64,000 bases of DNA from Planctomycetota bacterium (GTDB lineage Bacteria; Planctomycetota; UBA8108; SXIK01), in assembly GCA_965223265.1 (NCBI GenBank), contig OZ244999.1:7904001-7968000 (forward strand), read 5' to 3'. Each line of letters starts with the position of its first letter. Within the stretch, counting starts at the first letter, position 1. Below the pieces are notes generated by a model. The model ran no database searches and was not told the origin of the DNA. It saw only the letters and a list, made by a program, of their open reading frames with translations. The position numbers were made by a program, and so were the translations under genes. This document shows, in pieces, positions 45,143 through 58,481 of this stretch.

Positions 45143-45825
45143 GGTGTCTCTCTTCGATCGTAGGAGGAAAGGAATTGGTGCAGCTGATTGCTGATGAAGT
45201 CGGATGTGTGACGGAGATTCTTCTCGACTTGATTCAGCGTCGATGCCTGAAGCGGCTGCTTGAAGGTCCCCACGTTTTCTATGTAGAGCGCGCGAGGATC
45301 GCGCACGTAGGACTCAACGCGCGCATTGAAATTCTCGGTGTGTTCCTTGGTGCCCGGAAACACAAGGCGAAAGCCGAACACACTCGTCGGTCGGCCGATG
45401 AGCTGCAACTGATCCGGCTCGACACGAAACACGCTCCGTGCCAAGTATTCCGTAGCACTCGGAAAGCTATTCGGCGTAGTGATCACCCGCACCTTGTTCT
45501 GCTGCACCAGGAACGCCTGAACGCCCAGCTTCTCAAGCACGACGCGCAAAACCGCAACGGCTTTTTTGGCGAACTGCTCGACGGAGATTCCGGTGTGGTC
45601 GTCCGTCATCTGGATCCGATCACCAAGGAGATTCAGATGGCTGAAACCTTCGCGGTCTTGGGACTGCGTCGCGATGCGAGCGCCCCCTTGGATGCGATTG
45701 AAATCCTCGTATCCGCACGTGCGGCACACCTCGTGATACACTTCGCGCAGCTGCTCGGCAGAGTGCACGACTGGAACGTGCAGAAACTCCGCGATCAGGC
45801 TGATCGTTCGCGGCTCGCTGAGCAA
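45139..45825 (-). CDS. Conserved hypothetical protein (possibly TIGR04255-like)
   Basis: Globular-looking 228-aa ORF, GAGGAG RBS before TTG, stop overlaps the next start (ATGA). Family call is tentative. Confidence 0.6.
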   Translation of the reverse strand: MLSEPRTISLIAEFLHVPVVHSAEQLREVYHEVCRTCGYEDFNRIQGGARIATQSQDREGFSHLNLLGDRIQMTDDHTGISVEQFAKKAVAVLRVVLEKLGVQAFLVQQNKVRVITTPNSFPSATEYLARSVFRVEPDQLQLIGRPTSVFGFRLVFPGTKEHTENFNARVESYVRDPRALYIENVGTFKQPLQASTLNQVEKNLRHTSDFISNQLHQFLSSYDRRETP

Positions 45826-46010
45826 CGTGTGGTCTCCTCGTCTGTGGGCACAAAATCAGGGCCGTCCATCATGCTAAAGCAGCGATTCTGCCAACACATG
45901 CGCCGCGGGTAAACTCCAATTCACAAGCAAGTTAGGAAACCGGGATCGGTGCCGCACGTGAGTCGACGCGCGCCACCGGCCGACCCGAAACCGTCCATCG
46001 TGAACGCTGC

Positions 46011-48014
46011 TCACTCGAGGATCAGTCCCCAGTCCTTCAATTCGTCGCCGATATCGCTGAGACGCTTAGCGTTCTTCACGCCCTGAATGGCAATATACCT
46101 CTCACCAAGACGGTCAAAGGGCAGGTCGTGTCGTGCCAAGACCTTGGAGATGCGATCGGTACCCGACTTGGTTTGAGAGTGGAGCAGAAGCACTTTGCGG
46201 CGACGAACAATCTCGACTCCCTGAGTCCATTCGCGAAGCGAAAAGATCACGTTCGGCGGCACGACTCCGAAGGCGTGCTGCTGAAGAAAATCGCCGATGC
46301 GCTGCGATGACCAACCGGTTGCAAGGGCGCGCTTGACGCTCTCGCGACTGAGCTCGTAGCGTTTCACGTAACCCGATTCAAGACGGTCTGCGAACTGACT
46401 AACGCTCCAGTTCCATTCATCTGGAGCCTCGGGAAAGACGAGGATTTCGAAGTCGGGATTGACGATCAGCTGCGGGCCGTCCCCGAGCTCAGGTAACTGA
46501 TCGAGCTCCAGAATCGCAGCGCCGAGCCGAGAAAGCCGTAGCGAGTAAAACGCCCCGCCCCGGAAACCTACATCGACGAAGCCGACAACAGCCAAACGAT
46601 GCAGCAACCAGTAGGCGAGATCCTGACGTAGCTCACCTAGCGAGACGACGAGTTTTCGATTCGTAAAATTGTCCTGACGCACCTTCTCGTAAAGCGCACG
46701 GACATCGCCGTCCTCAAGGTCGAGGAGGTACCTGGCGATCACGCCATCGACAAGCGATTTGACGACCAACCACTGACCGACGCCGTTTCTCGCCAACTCG
46801 GCGAGGAAAATCTCTCGCAATCGACGTTGGTGAAAACTCCAACGCTCGCCAGTTTGATCGTTCACGTGGGCATCGAACACGACGCGAAGCTTCTCGGGCA
46901 GCGACTTGCCTCGCCACGCGCGGATCCTGATGTTGTCAAACGTCGGGCGTTGGCCTTCACGTTCGAGCCACCGAATCCGTTTCGCAAGCCCAACGAGAAG
47001 GGAAACCGGCGAGGTGACCAGCTCTTGGTGGTGGGCAATCGTCAACTTGGGACCGAGTCGGTCCTCGACCTTCTTGTAGACGGTGCCGGCGCGTGTGAAG
47101 ACTGCGTTTTCCGCCGCAAGCAGCGAGGGCAAACGGTCAAGATCGATAATCAGATCGACCCCGAGCGATACCTCGGAGTCGTTCTCATCGAAGGATTCGG
47201 CGGCGCGGTCGAAGCAATAGTCACAGATGAGCTCTTGGTAGATAACGACTGCCTGCTCGTCGAGATCGAGACCGTAGTTCTTGAGCGACACAAACCCTGT
47301 CGTGCCGAGCGAGCGAGACTCGAGCTCCGTGCGCCAACCGTCGTGGCAAAAGCCGCCCCCAGTGGACAACGTCCCGTCGCCGTCCAGCTCGGCTTTGCAT
47401 TGGCTCAGCGTCAAAATGCCGCCGTTGTCCAGCGCGGCCGAAGTGAGTTTGCGAAGATGCGCGTTCGGTATGGCGTCGAGTCGTTCGTTCAGTGACGCGG
47501 CGATCTCAGTCTCGTCCGCCCCGGACTCCGTTTCCGGGGCGGGCGGCGCTCGCCCGGTCCGACTGAGCATCTGCATGGGGTCGCGCTCCTCCAGTCGAAT
47601 GCTCGAGCGAAGAGTCTGCGCAAGCTCGCTCGGAATCGCGACGCGCGGCGACGAGTTTCCCGGCTGACGACGGGGCTGAACCACATAGCCGGCCGCGCGG
47701 AGCGTCTTGAGGATCGCTTCGATCTCGTAGTCCTCGAGACTGCTGACCTGGCGGTCTTGCCGCAGTTCATCGATCGACGTGCAGAAGCTGTCGCCGGCGA
47801 GCAGGAGCGCGACCAAAAAACCCTGGTGCGAGCGGCTCAGATTCTCGAACCGTTCCCTGACCAGGCACGCATCCGTCATGGCGACGAAAAGATTCTGCCG
47901 CAGTTCATCTTTACAGCTAACCAGACGATCGCTTGGGAACCAGTAAAGGTACCAGCTCTGCAGCTCGGCCTTCGTCAGATCAGCAAGCGTTTGCTTCAGG
48001 AGCGTCGCCGACAT
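46011..48014 (-). CDS. XPB-associated protein with C-terminal Helicase_C_3 (XPB/Ssl2 N-terminal-like) domain
   Basis: LIVNPDFEILV...FAD...YELSRESV.RAL..G......FL..H....VPPNV...LREW; adjacent to the XPB gene. Confidence 0.8.
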   Translation of the reverse strand: MSATLLKQTLADLTKAELQSWYLYWFPSDRLVSCKDELRQNLFVAMTDACLVRERFENLSRSHQGFLVALLLAGDSFCTSIDELRQDRQVSSLEDYEIEAILKTLRAAGYVVQPRRQPGNSSPRVAIPSELAQTLRSSIRLEERDPMQMLSRTGRAPPAPETESGADETEIAASLNERLDAIPNAHLRKLTSAALDNGGILTLSQCKAELDGDGTLSTGGGFCHDGWRTELESRSLGTTGFVSLKNYGLDLDEQAVVIYQELICDYCFDRAAESFDENDSEVSLGVDLIIDLDRLPSLLAAENAVFTRAGTVYKKVEDRLGPKLTIAHHQELVTSPVSLLVGLAKRIRWLEREGQRPTFDNIRIRAWRGKSLPEKLRVVFDAHVNDQTGERWSFHQRRLREIFLAELARNGVGQWLVVKSLVDGVIARYLLDLEDGDVRALYEKVRQDNFTNRKLVVSLGELRQDLAYWLLHRLAVVGFVDVGFRGGAFYSLRLSRLGAAILELDQLPELGDGPQLIVNPDFEILVFPEAPDEWNWSVSQFADRLESGYVKRYELSRESVKRALATGWSSQRIGDFLQQHAFGVVPPNVIFSLREWTQGVEIVRRRKVLLLHSQTKSGTDRISKVLARHDLPFDRLGERYIAIQGVKNAKRLSDIGDELKDWGLILE

Positions 48015-48374
48015 CCACCAAACGTCCGCTTCGACTCAAGTTCTTTACCAATGTTGTTACCCAACAACCTACTCCCCTGCGAGACACACAGGGCTCATCA
48101 TTATCGGTCTTTCCTGCCGACTTTACGAGAGCCCCCACGCCGATTTTATCATTGACAAAGCGAGACAACGCGCTCGTGCGTGCTGCCAGTGATCACCGCG
48201 TAGTTTCGTCCACGACGGCACGAGCAAAGGCAGACAACTCCTTGGTTACGCCGTCCCTCGGTGGGCAGCAAGCAAGCAAGCGACCACTCTGACGGCTCAA
48301 AGCTGCTTCAAAAGCAACGTTGTGCACATTCGAGAGGATCTGTTCGGAGAGCGCCGGTAGCTGGCCCAACTCGG

Positions 48375-50114
48375 CTAAGCGCTGTCCTGCCGCCGACGGG
48401 TGCCTTGGTCAATGATGGTGAAAGAGTAGCCTTGTTCGGTGAGGAAACGCTGTCGCTTCTCCGCGAATTCCTGCTCCGGAGTGTCGCGCGAAACAAGCGA
48501 GTAAAACACGGCGCGTCCACCTTTGCCCTTCGGACGCAAGATGCGTCCAAGACGCTGCGCTTCTTCCTGCCGTGACCCGAACGTCCCGGACACCTGAATA
48601 GCAACGTTCGCATCCGGCAGATCGATCGCGAAGTTGCCAACCTTGCTGACGATCAACACCGGAACTTCGCGGCGACGAAAACGCGCGTAGAGCTGCTCGC
48701 GCTCCTGGTTGGACGTTTTTCCGGTGATCAACGGCGCCCCTAGGTGCCGCTGGATGGCCTTCAAATGATCTAAGTACTGGCCAAGAACGAGGACGCTGTG
48801 CTCTCGGTGCTCACCGAGGAGCTCGCGGACAACGTCGATCTTCGCCGGGTTCTCAGAAGCCGCGCGGAACTTCTCGCGCCCATTGAGATCCACGAAGCCG
48901 TCGGCGATCTTGTCGGTCAGCGGCACGCGGATTTCGACACACTCGGCGTTCGCGATCCAACCTTCTGCCTCAAGACTCTTCCACGCGATGTCGTATTTTT
49001 TGGGGCCGACCAGGCTGAAGACTTCTCCCTCACGCCCGTCCTCGCGAACCAGAGTCGCGGTGAGCCCCAAACGGCGCGTCGCCTGAATCTGCGCCGTGAA
49101 ACGAAACACTGGTGCGGGCAGAAGATGAGCTTCGTCGTATACGATGAGACCCCAATTGCGCGCCGTGAACAGCTTGTAGTGGAGCAGCTCTTTCGTGCGC
49201 CGGTCGCGGTACGTCATCATCTGGTACGTGCTGAGGGTGATCGGGCGAATCTCCTTCACCTCACCGCTGTACTCGCCGATCATGTCCTCCTCCAGGTCGG
49301 TTTTGTCCAGCAACTCCCGCTTCCATTGCCGCAGCGCGGTCGTGTTGGTCGTCAGGATCAGCGCTTGCGATCCCACCCGCTGAAGACACCCGATGGCGAC
49401 GATCGTCTTTCCTGCCCCGCAAGGCAAAACCACGACCCCACTGCCGCCCGTCGCCCTGCCGAAGTCGTAGAACGCTTCCACCGCATCGCGCTGGTACGAT
49501 CGGAGGTGGAATGGCTTGCCCCCGCGTGCGACGTCACGCAGATTCATCGCGAGTGGCGCGCCGTCGACGTACCCGGCTTGATCGTGCACCGGGAACCCAA
49601 GCTTCAACAGCGCGACTTTGATCTGACCGCGTGATTCGGGCTTGAGGGGTAGAACTACGCTGGCATCGGCTGTCAACGGACTCGAACGTTTGGCGTCGAG
49701 CAACTCGAGTGCCTGGTCGCTGAAGAACTGCCGCAGACTCTTCGCCCTGCGAATTCTCTGGAGCGCATCCTCAAGTGTTGTTTCAAGACACAGCTTGCCC
49801 TGACATGAAACAAGCCGAACTTGCCCGTACCGCGCCATCGACAGAGAAACCTCGTCTCGGACATTTCTTGGCACGGGATACTTCGAGTATGTCGTGAGAA
49901 GATCGTTCACGTCGGCCACCGCGAGCCCAGACGCAGCGGCGTTCCATAGGGAAAGAGGCGTGATCCGGTAGACGTGAACGTATCGCGGACTCTTCTCGAG
50001 CTCTGCGAAGCGAGCCAGTTTGTCGCGAACCTCCTTGAATAGCGGATGCTCCACCTCGAGGAAGACCGTCTTGTCCGGCTGCACGATCAATGGATTCTTG
50101 GAGCTTTTTTCCAT
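48375..50114 (-). CDS. DNA repair helicase XPB (Ssl2/Rad25 family)
   Basis: PLIVQ.D, YRITPLSLWNA, LRSYQ, VLPCGAGKT, DEAH, LGLTATLVREDG, FAIDLPDA, GSRQEEAQRLGRILR. Start trimmed to ATG 50114. Confidence 0.95.
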   Translation of the reverse strand: MEKSSKNPLIVQPDKTVFLEVEHPLFKEVRDKLARFAELEKSPRYVHVYRITPLSLWNAAASGLAVADVNDLLTTYSKYPVPRNVRDEVSLSMARYGQVRLVSCQGKLCLETTLEDALQRIRRAKSLRQFFSDQALELLDAKRSSPLTADASVVLPLKPESRGQIKVALLKLGFPVHDQAGYVDGAPLAMNLRDVARGGKPFHLRSYQRDAVEAFYDFGRATGGSGVVVLPCGAGKTIVAIGCLQRVGSQALILTTNTTALRQWKRELLDKTDLEEDMIGEYSGEVKEIRPITLSTYQMMTYRDRRTKELLHYKLFTARNWGLIVYDEAHLLPAPVFRFTAQIQATRRLGLTATLVREDGREGEVFSLVGPKKYDIAWKSLEAEGWIANAECVEIRVPLTDKIADGFVDLNGREKFRAASENPAKIDVVRELLGEHREHSVLVLGQYLDHLKAIQRHLGAPLITGKTSNQEREQLYARFRRREVPVLIVSKVGNFAIDLPDANVAIQVSGTFGSRQEEAQRLGRILRPKGKGGRAVFYSLVSRDTPEQEFAEKRQRFLTEQGYSFTIIDQGTRRRQDSA

Positions 50115-50341
50115 GATGTCTCCCCCCGCCACTCTATTTCTACGACGTCGCGCGCGAGCCGATCGTCCGCACCCTTCACGTTCGTCGCGGTGCAGGCGGA
50201 TCAGGTCACCTGGTAGCACCTGCGGTCGAACCCGGCTCGCTTGCGACCCGCCTCGAATTTCGGGAGGGGTTCCGAACCGGCTGCGCTATGAGGCAAAACT
50301 CCCGCTTGCCACCGTCTCCCGCAACGACGATGCGCGCGTCA

Positions 50342-52957
50342 TCAATTCTCATCCTTCTCCGTGGACCCTCCCTCGTCTGGACGATCGGCAGGCTCTTCGT
50401 CGGCTGCGTTCGCTCCCGTCTCCGTTGTCGAGCTGTGCGCATCCGACGCGTTCTCAGAGCCGCCACCGTCCGTCCCTTCCCCCGTTGATTCCTCCTCTTC
50501 CTCCTCGCGTACGACCCTTTCCGCTGTTGTCAGGGTATCGCCGTCGCGGACGTTCATCAATCGGACACCCTGAGTCGCTCGACCGATGCTACGCAAGTCA
50601 CTCGCAGCCATCCGCATGAGGATGCCTTGACGCGTGATCATGACGATATCATGCTCATCGGTGACAGCCTTCAGAGCGACCACGCGACCGTTACGATCGT
50701 TGCTCTTGATGTTGATCGTACCGCCGCCATTTCGTTTCTGCAGGCGGTATTCAGTCAAGTCCGTCCGCTTGCCATAACCGTTCTCGCAGACCGTCAATAC
50801 GGTCAGCCCCTCGATCTTGGGGTCGGCAACGACCATGTCGACAACGGAATCGCTGTCTCGCAGCGAGATGCCGCCAACGCCGGCGGCAGTTCGTCCCATC
50901 GGTCGTGCGTCCGAGTGCTTGAATCGGATCGCCATGCCGTTCTTCGTGCCCAAGACAATCTCGTCTTCACCGCCGCAAATCGCAGCTCCGATCAACTCAT
51001 CTTCATCACGAATCTTGATCGCGATGATGCCGTTCTTTTTGGGGCGAGAGTACGCGGACAGAGCTGTCTTCTTAATCGTGCCCTCACGTGTCGCCATAAT
51101 AACGAACCGCTCGTCGTCAAATTCGCGCACGCACAGCTGCTGATTCACCGTTTCGCCAGGCTGCAATTCGATCAGGTTGACCAGTGATCGGCCACGCGCG
51201 GTCCGCGCCATATCCGGTAAATCGTACACCTTGAGCCAATAAACTCTGCCACGGTTCGTGAAAAACAGGATGTATGCGTGCGTCGAAGCGACGAAGAGGT
51301 CCTTGACAAAGTCACCTTCCTTGGCGGTCGAGCCGGTAATCCCTCGGCCGCCACGACCTTGACTTCTGTACACGGTCAGGGCGGTACGTTTGACGTACCC
51401 TTCCTGGGAAATGGTCACAACGACGTCTTCTTCGGTGATGAGATCCTCGATGGCGAGGTCTTCTTGCCACTCGATAATCTCCGTGCGACGCTCGTCGCCG
51501 TATGTCTTGCGAATGTCTTCGAGGTCTTCAAGGATGATTTGAAGCACTAGGTTCTCGTCGGCGAGGATCGCCCGGAAGCGCTCGATTTGCTCCTTCAGTT
51601 CCTTGAGCTCGTCTTCGAGCTTCTTCCGCTCGAGGCCAGTCAGGCGCTGCAAACGCATGTTGAGGATTTCTCGCGCTTGTATCTGCGAGAAATCAAAGCG
51701 CTGAATCAAAGCAGCTTCGGCTTCGTCGACGGTTGCCGACGATCGAATCAACTCGATGATCTCGTCGATGTGATCGAGGGCTTTAAGAAGCCCTTCGACG
51801 ATGTGTGCACGTTCCTCGGCCTTGCGGAGCTGAAAGCGAGTCCGGCGTCGAATTACTTCGATTCGATGCTTCTTGTACTCGTTCAGCATGTCCTTCAACG
51901 TCAACGTCTCGGGTCGACCGTTGACCAAGGCGATGTTGATGACGCTGTAGGTCGCCTGCAGCGAGGTGTACTTAAACAGCTGATTGACAACGACTTCTTC
52001 GTCGGCGTCTGACTTCAGTTCGATGACAAGACGGACTTTCTTGTCGCTTTCGTCTCGGACGTCGGAAATACCCTTGATGTTTCCATCCCGCAGTGCCAAC
52101 GAGATCCGTTCGATGATGTTGACCTTGTTCTCTTGGTAGGGAAGCTCAGTGAAAACAATCGAATTCTTTCGTTTCCCCTCTTCGATGTGGTACTTCGAAC
52201 GGATCTTTATGTGGCCGCGGCCGGTCTTGTAAGCCTGATGGATGCCGGAACGGCCACAGATCTGTGCACCCGTCGGAAAATCCGGCCCGGGAATGTACTG
52301 CATCAACTGTTCGACGGTGATCTCCGGGTTCTCAATCACCGCTTTGATGCCATCGCACACCTCGGTGACGTTGTGCGGCGGAATCCGCGTCGCGAGCCCG
52401 ACAGCAATCCCAGTCGATCCGTTGCAAAGCAAGTTCGGGAACCGTGCTGGCAGGATCGTCGGCTCATCGAGACGGTCATCGAACGTCCGCATCGTATCGA
52501 CCGTCTCCATGTCACAGTCCTGGAGAAGGTCGACGGTGGCGCGGGCCATTTTCGCCTCGGTATACCGCATCGCTGCCGGGGGGTCGCCGTCGACAGAACC
52601 GAAGTTGCCCTGTCCATCGACCAGCAGGTAGCGCGTGCTGAACGGCTGCGCCATACGCACCAACGTCGGATAGATCGCTGAGTCGCCGTGCGGATGGTAG
52701 TTACCCATGCACTCGCCCACGATCTTCGCGCACTTCACATACCTCGCCCGAGGCTGCAGGTTGAGGTCATCCATCGACACGAGGATCCGCCGCTGTGACG
52801 GCTTCAATCCATCCCGCACGTCGGGCAGTGCGCGGGAGATGATCACGCTCATCGCGTACGTTAGGTACGACTCTTTGAGCTCGTCCTCGATATCGTGATC
52901 GATGATTCGCTCTTGGCCGAACCCGCGATCGTCGTTGCCGTTTCCCTGATCAGCCAT
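50342..52957 (-). CDS. gyrA: DNA gyrase subunit A
   Basis: SYLTYAMSVI.SRALPDVRDGLKP, YHPHGD, AAMRYTE, GyrA-box QGRGGRG, acidic tail. Confidence 0.98.
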   Translation of the reverse strand: MADQGNGNDDRGFGQERIIDHDIEDELKESYLTYAMSVIISRALPDVRDGLKPSQRRILVSMDDLNLQPRARYVKCAKIVGECMGNYHPHGDSAIYPTLVRMAQPFSTRYLLVDGQGNFGSVDGDPPAAMRYTEAKMARATVDLLQDCDMETVDTMRTFDDRLDEPTILPARFPNLLCNGSTGIAVGLATRIPPHNVTEVCDGIKAVIENPEITVEQLMQYIPGPDFPTGAQICGRSGIHQAYKTGRGHIKIRSKYHIEEGKRKNSIVFTELPYQENKVNIIERISLALRDGNIKGISDVRDESDKKVRLVIELKSDADEEVVVNQLFKYTSLQATYSVINIALVNGRPETLTLKDMLNEYKKHRIEVIRRRTRFQLRKAEERAHIVEGLLKALDHIDEIIELIRSSATVDEAEAALIQRFDFSQIQAREILNMRLQRLTGLERKKLEDELKELKEQIERFRAILADENLVLQIILEDLEDIRKTYGDERRTEIIEWQEDLAIEDLITEEDVVVTISQEGYVKRTALTVYRSQGRGGRGITGSTAKEGDFVKDLFVASTHAYILFFTNRGRVYWLKVYDLPDMARTARGRSLVNLIELQPGETVNQQLCVREFDDERFVIMATREGTIKKTALSAYSRPKKNGIIAIKIRDEDELIGAAICGGEDEIVLGTKNGMAIRFKHSDARPMGRTAAGVGGISLRDSDSVVDMVVADPKIEGLTVLTVCENGYGKRTDLTEYRLQKRNGGGTINIKSNDRNGRVVALKAVTDEHDIVMITRQGILMRMAASDLRSIGRATQGVRLMNVRDGDTLTTAERVVREEEEEESTGEGTDGGGSENASDAHSSTTETGANAADEEPADRPDEGGSTEKDEN

Positions 52958-53130
52958 TTATAGAATTCTTCCATTCATTCGTTCGAGACGACTCGATGTG
53001 TCGCGAACGTTGTACCTCGAACCTTCGTTGTTCACGTTCTCCGTGCCGCGGACTGCAACGACGCACGCGACTCAAATCAATCGCGTCGCTGAGTTCCTTC
53101 GTCGCTGCCGTCGAGACACGATTCGATCTT

Positions 53131-56179
<3,049 letters not shown>

Positions 56180-56320
56180 AACTTGAATCTCTCAGAAAAT
56201 CGGCGAAGAACCCCACCACTTACTTCCACGTCGTCGACAGATCGATGTCTTCGCCGCACCGAAGACCTGAACACTGTCACCCACGCCGTCGCCCAAAAAC
56301 CCCAGCTGCGTACATTTCTT

Positions 56321-57427
56321 TCACGGCGTCAGCACTGGCATGACCATATGACGATAGTTGCCGCGACCACGAAAAGTGGCTGGCTTTTCTCCCGTCGAGA
56401 ACTCGACTCGAACCTCCTCTTCCGGTAGGCAACGAACCGCGTCAATCAGGTAATTAGGGTTGAAATGGATCTGAATCGCATCACCCTGCATTTCAACCGG
56501 CACTTCGATTTTCGAATCACCAATGTCTGCAACATTCGTCTGCAAGCGACAGACGTTGCCGTCAAAAGAAAACACGATGGATGCCGTCTCCTTGCTCGTC
56601 ATGAGACTAGCAGCTTTCACCGCGGCGAGGAGCTCACCACGTGACACCGTCACTTTCACTTTCGTGTCTTGCGCTACAATCAGGCGGTAGTCCGGAAAGT
56701 TCCCCTGGATCAACTTCGCGCTCAATCCTCCGCGCCCAAAACGCACGTGAATATCCGGCTCACGAAGTCCGATTTCGACCACCGGTTCGCCTTGCGCCAA
56801 GACCTTGAGAAGTGTGTCAACGACACGATTCGGAACAATTCCACGCACCGTGAGATCGCCCGGATTGTCGACCCGCAACCGATCGTAAGCGAGTCGCTTG
56901 CCATCCGTCGCAACCATGGTCAATTGATCGCTTTCGACCTCAAAGAAAACGCCTGTCAGCTGGTACCGCGCAGAATCATGCGAGGACGCGACCGCAACGC
57001 GACGGAGGGATTCGACAAACCCATCGCGTTCCACGCGCCAAAAGTCCTCACCCTCCGACTGTGGGAGCAAGGGAAACTCGGCTGGATCAACCCCGACGAC
57101 GCGTAGGTCATAACCGCCGGCGTGTAGACAGGCGCCAAAACCCTCGTCCTCCTTCTCCAAGCTAATCTTGCGCTCCGGCAGCTCACGGATGAGCGCTGCG
57201 AGTCGATTCGCTGGCAACGCCAGTTCGCCGCCTTCGAGTACTTCGGTGTGCTCAATGGTCACGTGCGCGCCGAGATCAAGGTCCATTGCCTCAACCTGAA
57301 GACGCTCGTCGTTGGCCCTCAGAGCGAAATTGAGCAGAATTGGCTTTGCCTTCTGACCCGGAGGGATGATTCCCAACAGCGAGTTCAGAGCTTCGGAGAG
57401 TTCGGCTCGGTCACATTGAATTTTCAT
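56321..57427 (-). CDS. dnaN: DNA polymerase III beta sliding clamp
   Basis: KPIL, EFP.LP, RYQLTGV, VATDGKRL, LIQGNFPDY, FNPNYL.D, MVMPV. Confidence 0.97.
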   Translation of the reverse strand: MKIQCDRAELSEALNSLLGIIPPGQKAKPILLNFALRANDERLQVEAMDLDLGAHVTIEHTEVLEGGELALPANRLAALIRELPERKISLEKEDEGFGACLHAGGYDLRVVGVDPAEFPLLPQSEGEDFWRVERDGFVESLRRVAVASSHDSARYQLTGVFFEVESDQLTMVATDGKRLAYDRLRVDNPGDLTVRGIVPNRVVDTLLKVLAQGEPVVEIGLREPDIHVRFGRGGLSAKLIQGNFPDYRLIVAQDTKVKVTVSRGELLAAVKAASLMTSKETASIVFSFDGNVCRLQTNVADIGDSKIEVPVEMQGDAIQIHFNPNYLIDAVRCLPEEEVRVEFSTGEKPATFRGRGNYRHMVMPVLTP

Positions 57428-57511
57428 AGGATTCTCATAACGTTCGCTGCCCGGATCGTTTCTTAGCCCCGTCCACTACCCGGTGTGCAGCGCTCGAGAC
57501 TCCACGCTCTT

Positions 57512-57886
57512 TCACTCGGCACTCTCGCTGATCGCCGCTGGCGTGATGCCGGTATCCGCAGAGTCTGTACTTTGGTTCCGCCTCAAGAGTAAGTACACGA
57601 ACTGCGCCGCCGCGAAGATCAGCACGAACGCTCCAGCAAGCGGCAACACACTCTGGCCAGTGACCGGACTGCCCCACGTCAACTCTGAAGCCAACCATGT
57701 CGTGACGTACGTCAAGAGCCACAAGAACCATACGAGGGGCGACTTCGCCGAATGAAACCAATGGCAACAAAGCAGTTGTGAACATCCCACCACCCAGAGG
57801 AGATGGAGAGGACCGTACCAGCTCTCCAGCAACTGAGCGCTGAAGAGCGCTAAGTGTGATCCGAGAAAAAGTCCGGTCACACCCAT
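57512..57886 (-). CDS. Hypothetical small membrane protein between the putative oriC and dnaN
   Basis: About 124 aa from ATG 57886 with 3-4 hydrophobic segments and an RR stop-transfer; no family recognised. Confidence 0.45.
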   Translation of the reverse strand: MGVTGLFLGSHLALFSAQLLESWYGPLHLLWVVGCSQLLCCHWFHSAKSPLVWFLWLLTYVTTWLASELTWGSPVTGQSVLPLAGAFVLIFAAAQFVYLLLRRNQSTDSADTGITPAAISESAE

Positions 57887-57984
57887 CCAACAAAAGATTT
57901 GGCACCGACTTAGGGAAACTGGCGTGAGCACTCCGATGCCTTTCGTAGGGGCCGCGAGAGGGGTCTGATCAGCCCCGCAAGAAC

Positions 57985-58320
57985 CTAAAAAATCCAAGCC
58001 GAAATTATAGTGTTTTGGTTGTTCAAAAATCAACCAAAAAGACCTTACTTAAGATGTTATTTTGAAAAGATTTACAGAAAATTCGTTGGGCTGCAAATCG
58101 ATCGTGGAGATTGTTGTAAGTATTTTTAATATATTGAGTTATGGAGGCGCCTAAAAAGTGTGCGGATTGGTCGTGCTTTTCTTCTCTTAAGAAAGAATTC
58201 ATCTATCTGATTCGTCATCAGATTTATGAGTGCTGTCGGACACTGCTTTGGCGCCGGAAAAGATGACATAAGATTATGTGTATTATAGACTTAAGCTTAT
58301 TCAGACGATGTGGAATTCGC
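57985..58320. other. Candidate replication origin (AT-rich region between dnaA and dnaN)
   Basis: The only strongly AT-rich tract in the window; contains three 25-bp TAAG-N15-GA(C/G/T)TTA motifs; no perfect TTATCCACA box seen. Confidence 0.65.
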
Positions 58321-58481
58321 GTCGAGATCGACCCGCATCGGCGTCGTTTTGGTGACGGCAGTCGGAGTGCTTTCTTTGGGCGTCCCGGAGGCCGTCGAGG
58401 TGCGACGGCGTCGACGGTCCACTCGTCGCCGGTGTCGTCGAACGTCGACCGGATTTCCACATCCACCCGGAGCCGGCGCGG

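Noticed and set aside
46360-46875. parS-like half sites (GTTTCACGTAAC; GTTCACGTGGGC)
   Set aside because: Too many mismatches to TGTTTCACGTGAAACA and located within a CDS.
52958-53130. TCGAGAC...TCGAT partial direct repeats between gyrB and gyrA
   Set aside because: Short and imperfect; TCGA is abundant throughout this sequence.
57435-57905. Alternative 156-aa ORF upstream of dnaN
   Set aside because: Overlaps the more protein-like hydrophobic frame (57512-57886) and has no coherent features.
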